NCBI GenBank assembly: GCA_951406725.2
Contig: OX597827.1
Location: 81,034,001-81,098,000, forward strand
Length of the DNA: 64,000 nucleotides
Source of the DNA: Octopus vulgaris
Taxonomy: Eukaryota
Reading direction: 5' to 3'
Shown here: positions 63,600 to 64,000 of the stretch, piece by piece
How positions within the stretch are numbered: the first letter of the stretch is position 1
How the letters are laid out: each line of letters opens with the position of its first letter
Translations under genes and position numbers: made by a program
The notes under the pieces: generated by a model
Database searches by the model: none
Seen by the model: only the letters and a program-made list of their open reading frames with translations
Told to the model about the DNA's origin: nothing

Positions 63600-64000
63600 C
63601 AGTCCTTTATCATCTCCTTTGTGAGGCTCAACATCTGGATCTACTTTGGATCTGCTTTGTCTCAAGTCTTCCTCCTCTACAGGTTCCTTCCACATTTAGC
63701 CATCAGCACTTCTTTACGCAGCTGTCCTCATCCATACAAACCATTCAACCAACCACTGCAGTCTTCTCTTCTGCACATTACACTTGAGGCCTCTCATCCC
63801 CAATTTTTCTCTCAAAACATTTACTCTCTGTTGTACACTTAGTCTGACATTGCACATCCATGTTGGATTCATTTCTTTCAAGCCATTGCATGCCCTCTGC
63901 ATCCACAGCTCACGTTTCACCACCATATGAAGTAACTGTCTGTGCACAGGTATCATACAGTCTTCCTTTTCCTCTGAGAGACTTTCTGTTGCCAACAGAG
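63600..64000 (-). mobile_element. RTE C-terminal fragment (relative of the 45365 family)
   Basis: WMCNV....RVNVLREKLGMRGLKCNVQKRRLQW; VEGTCRGGR. Confidence 0.8.

Overview
Eukaryotic, AT-rich, extremely microsatellite-dense DNA. The SINE families, the repeat landscape and the LINE types look like an octopod cephalopod (Octopus-like) genome; this is recognition from memory, not a database result. I cannot support any intact host protein-coding exon: nearly all ORF-track hits are microsatellite artefacts or decayed transposon ORFs. The window is a transposon graveyard. It holds at least four tRNA-derived SINE families; CR1-like, RTE, R4/Dong, CRE and Penelope-like (PLE) retroelement fragments; mariner, hAT, Helitron, Helentron-type and piggyBac-type DNA element remnants; a 17-bp minisatellite running into an assembly gap; and a ~320-bp tandem array. 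The most interesting signals are: (i) a set of hammerhead-ribozyme (HHR) motifs in short non-coding elements, including a tRNA-headed Pol III-type element with an intact minimal HHR, a family with a shared CUGUUGA core variant, and a 150-bp spacerless palindrome with an HHR-like core on each strand; (ii) an RTE LINE with a PHD finger inserted inside its RT domain and a 3' UTR built of tandem ~65-nt hairpin modules; (iii) TE families that each sit in a different microsatellite type; (iv) a SINE insertion with a 97-bp inverted copy of nearby DNA; and (v) two good RFX X-box motifs hinting at an unseen ciliary host gene.
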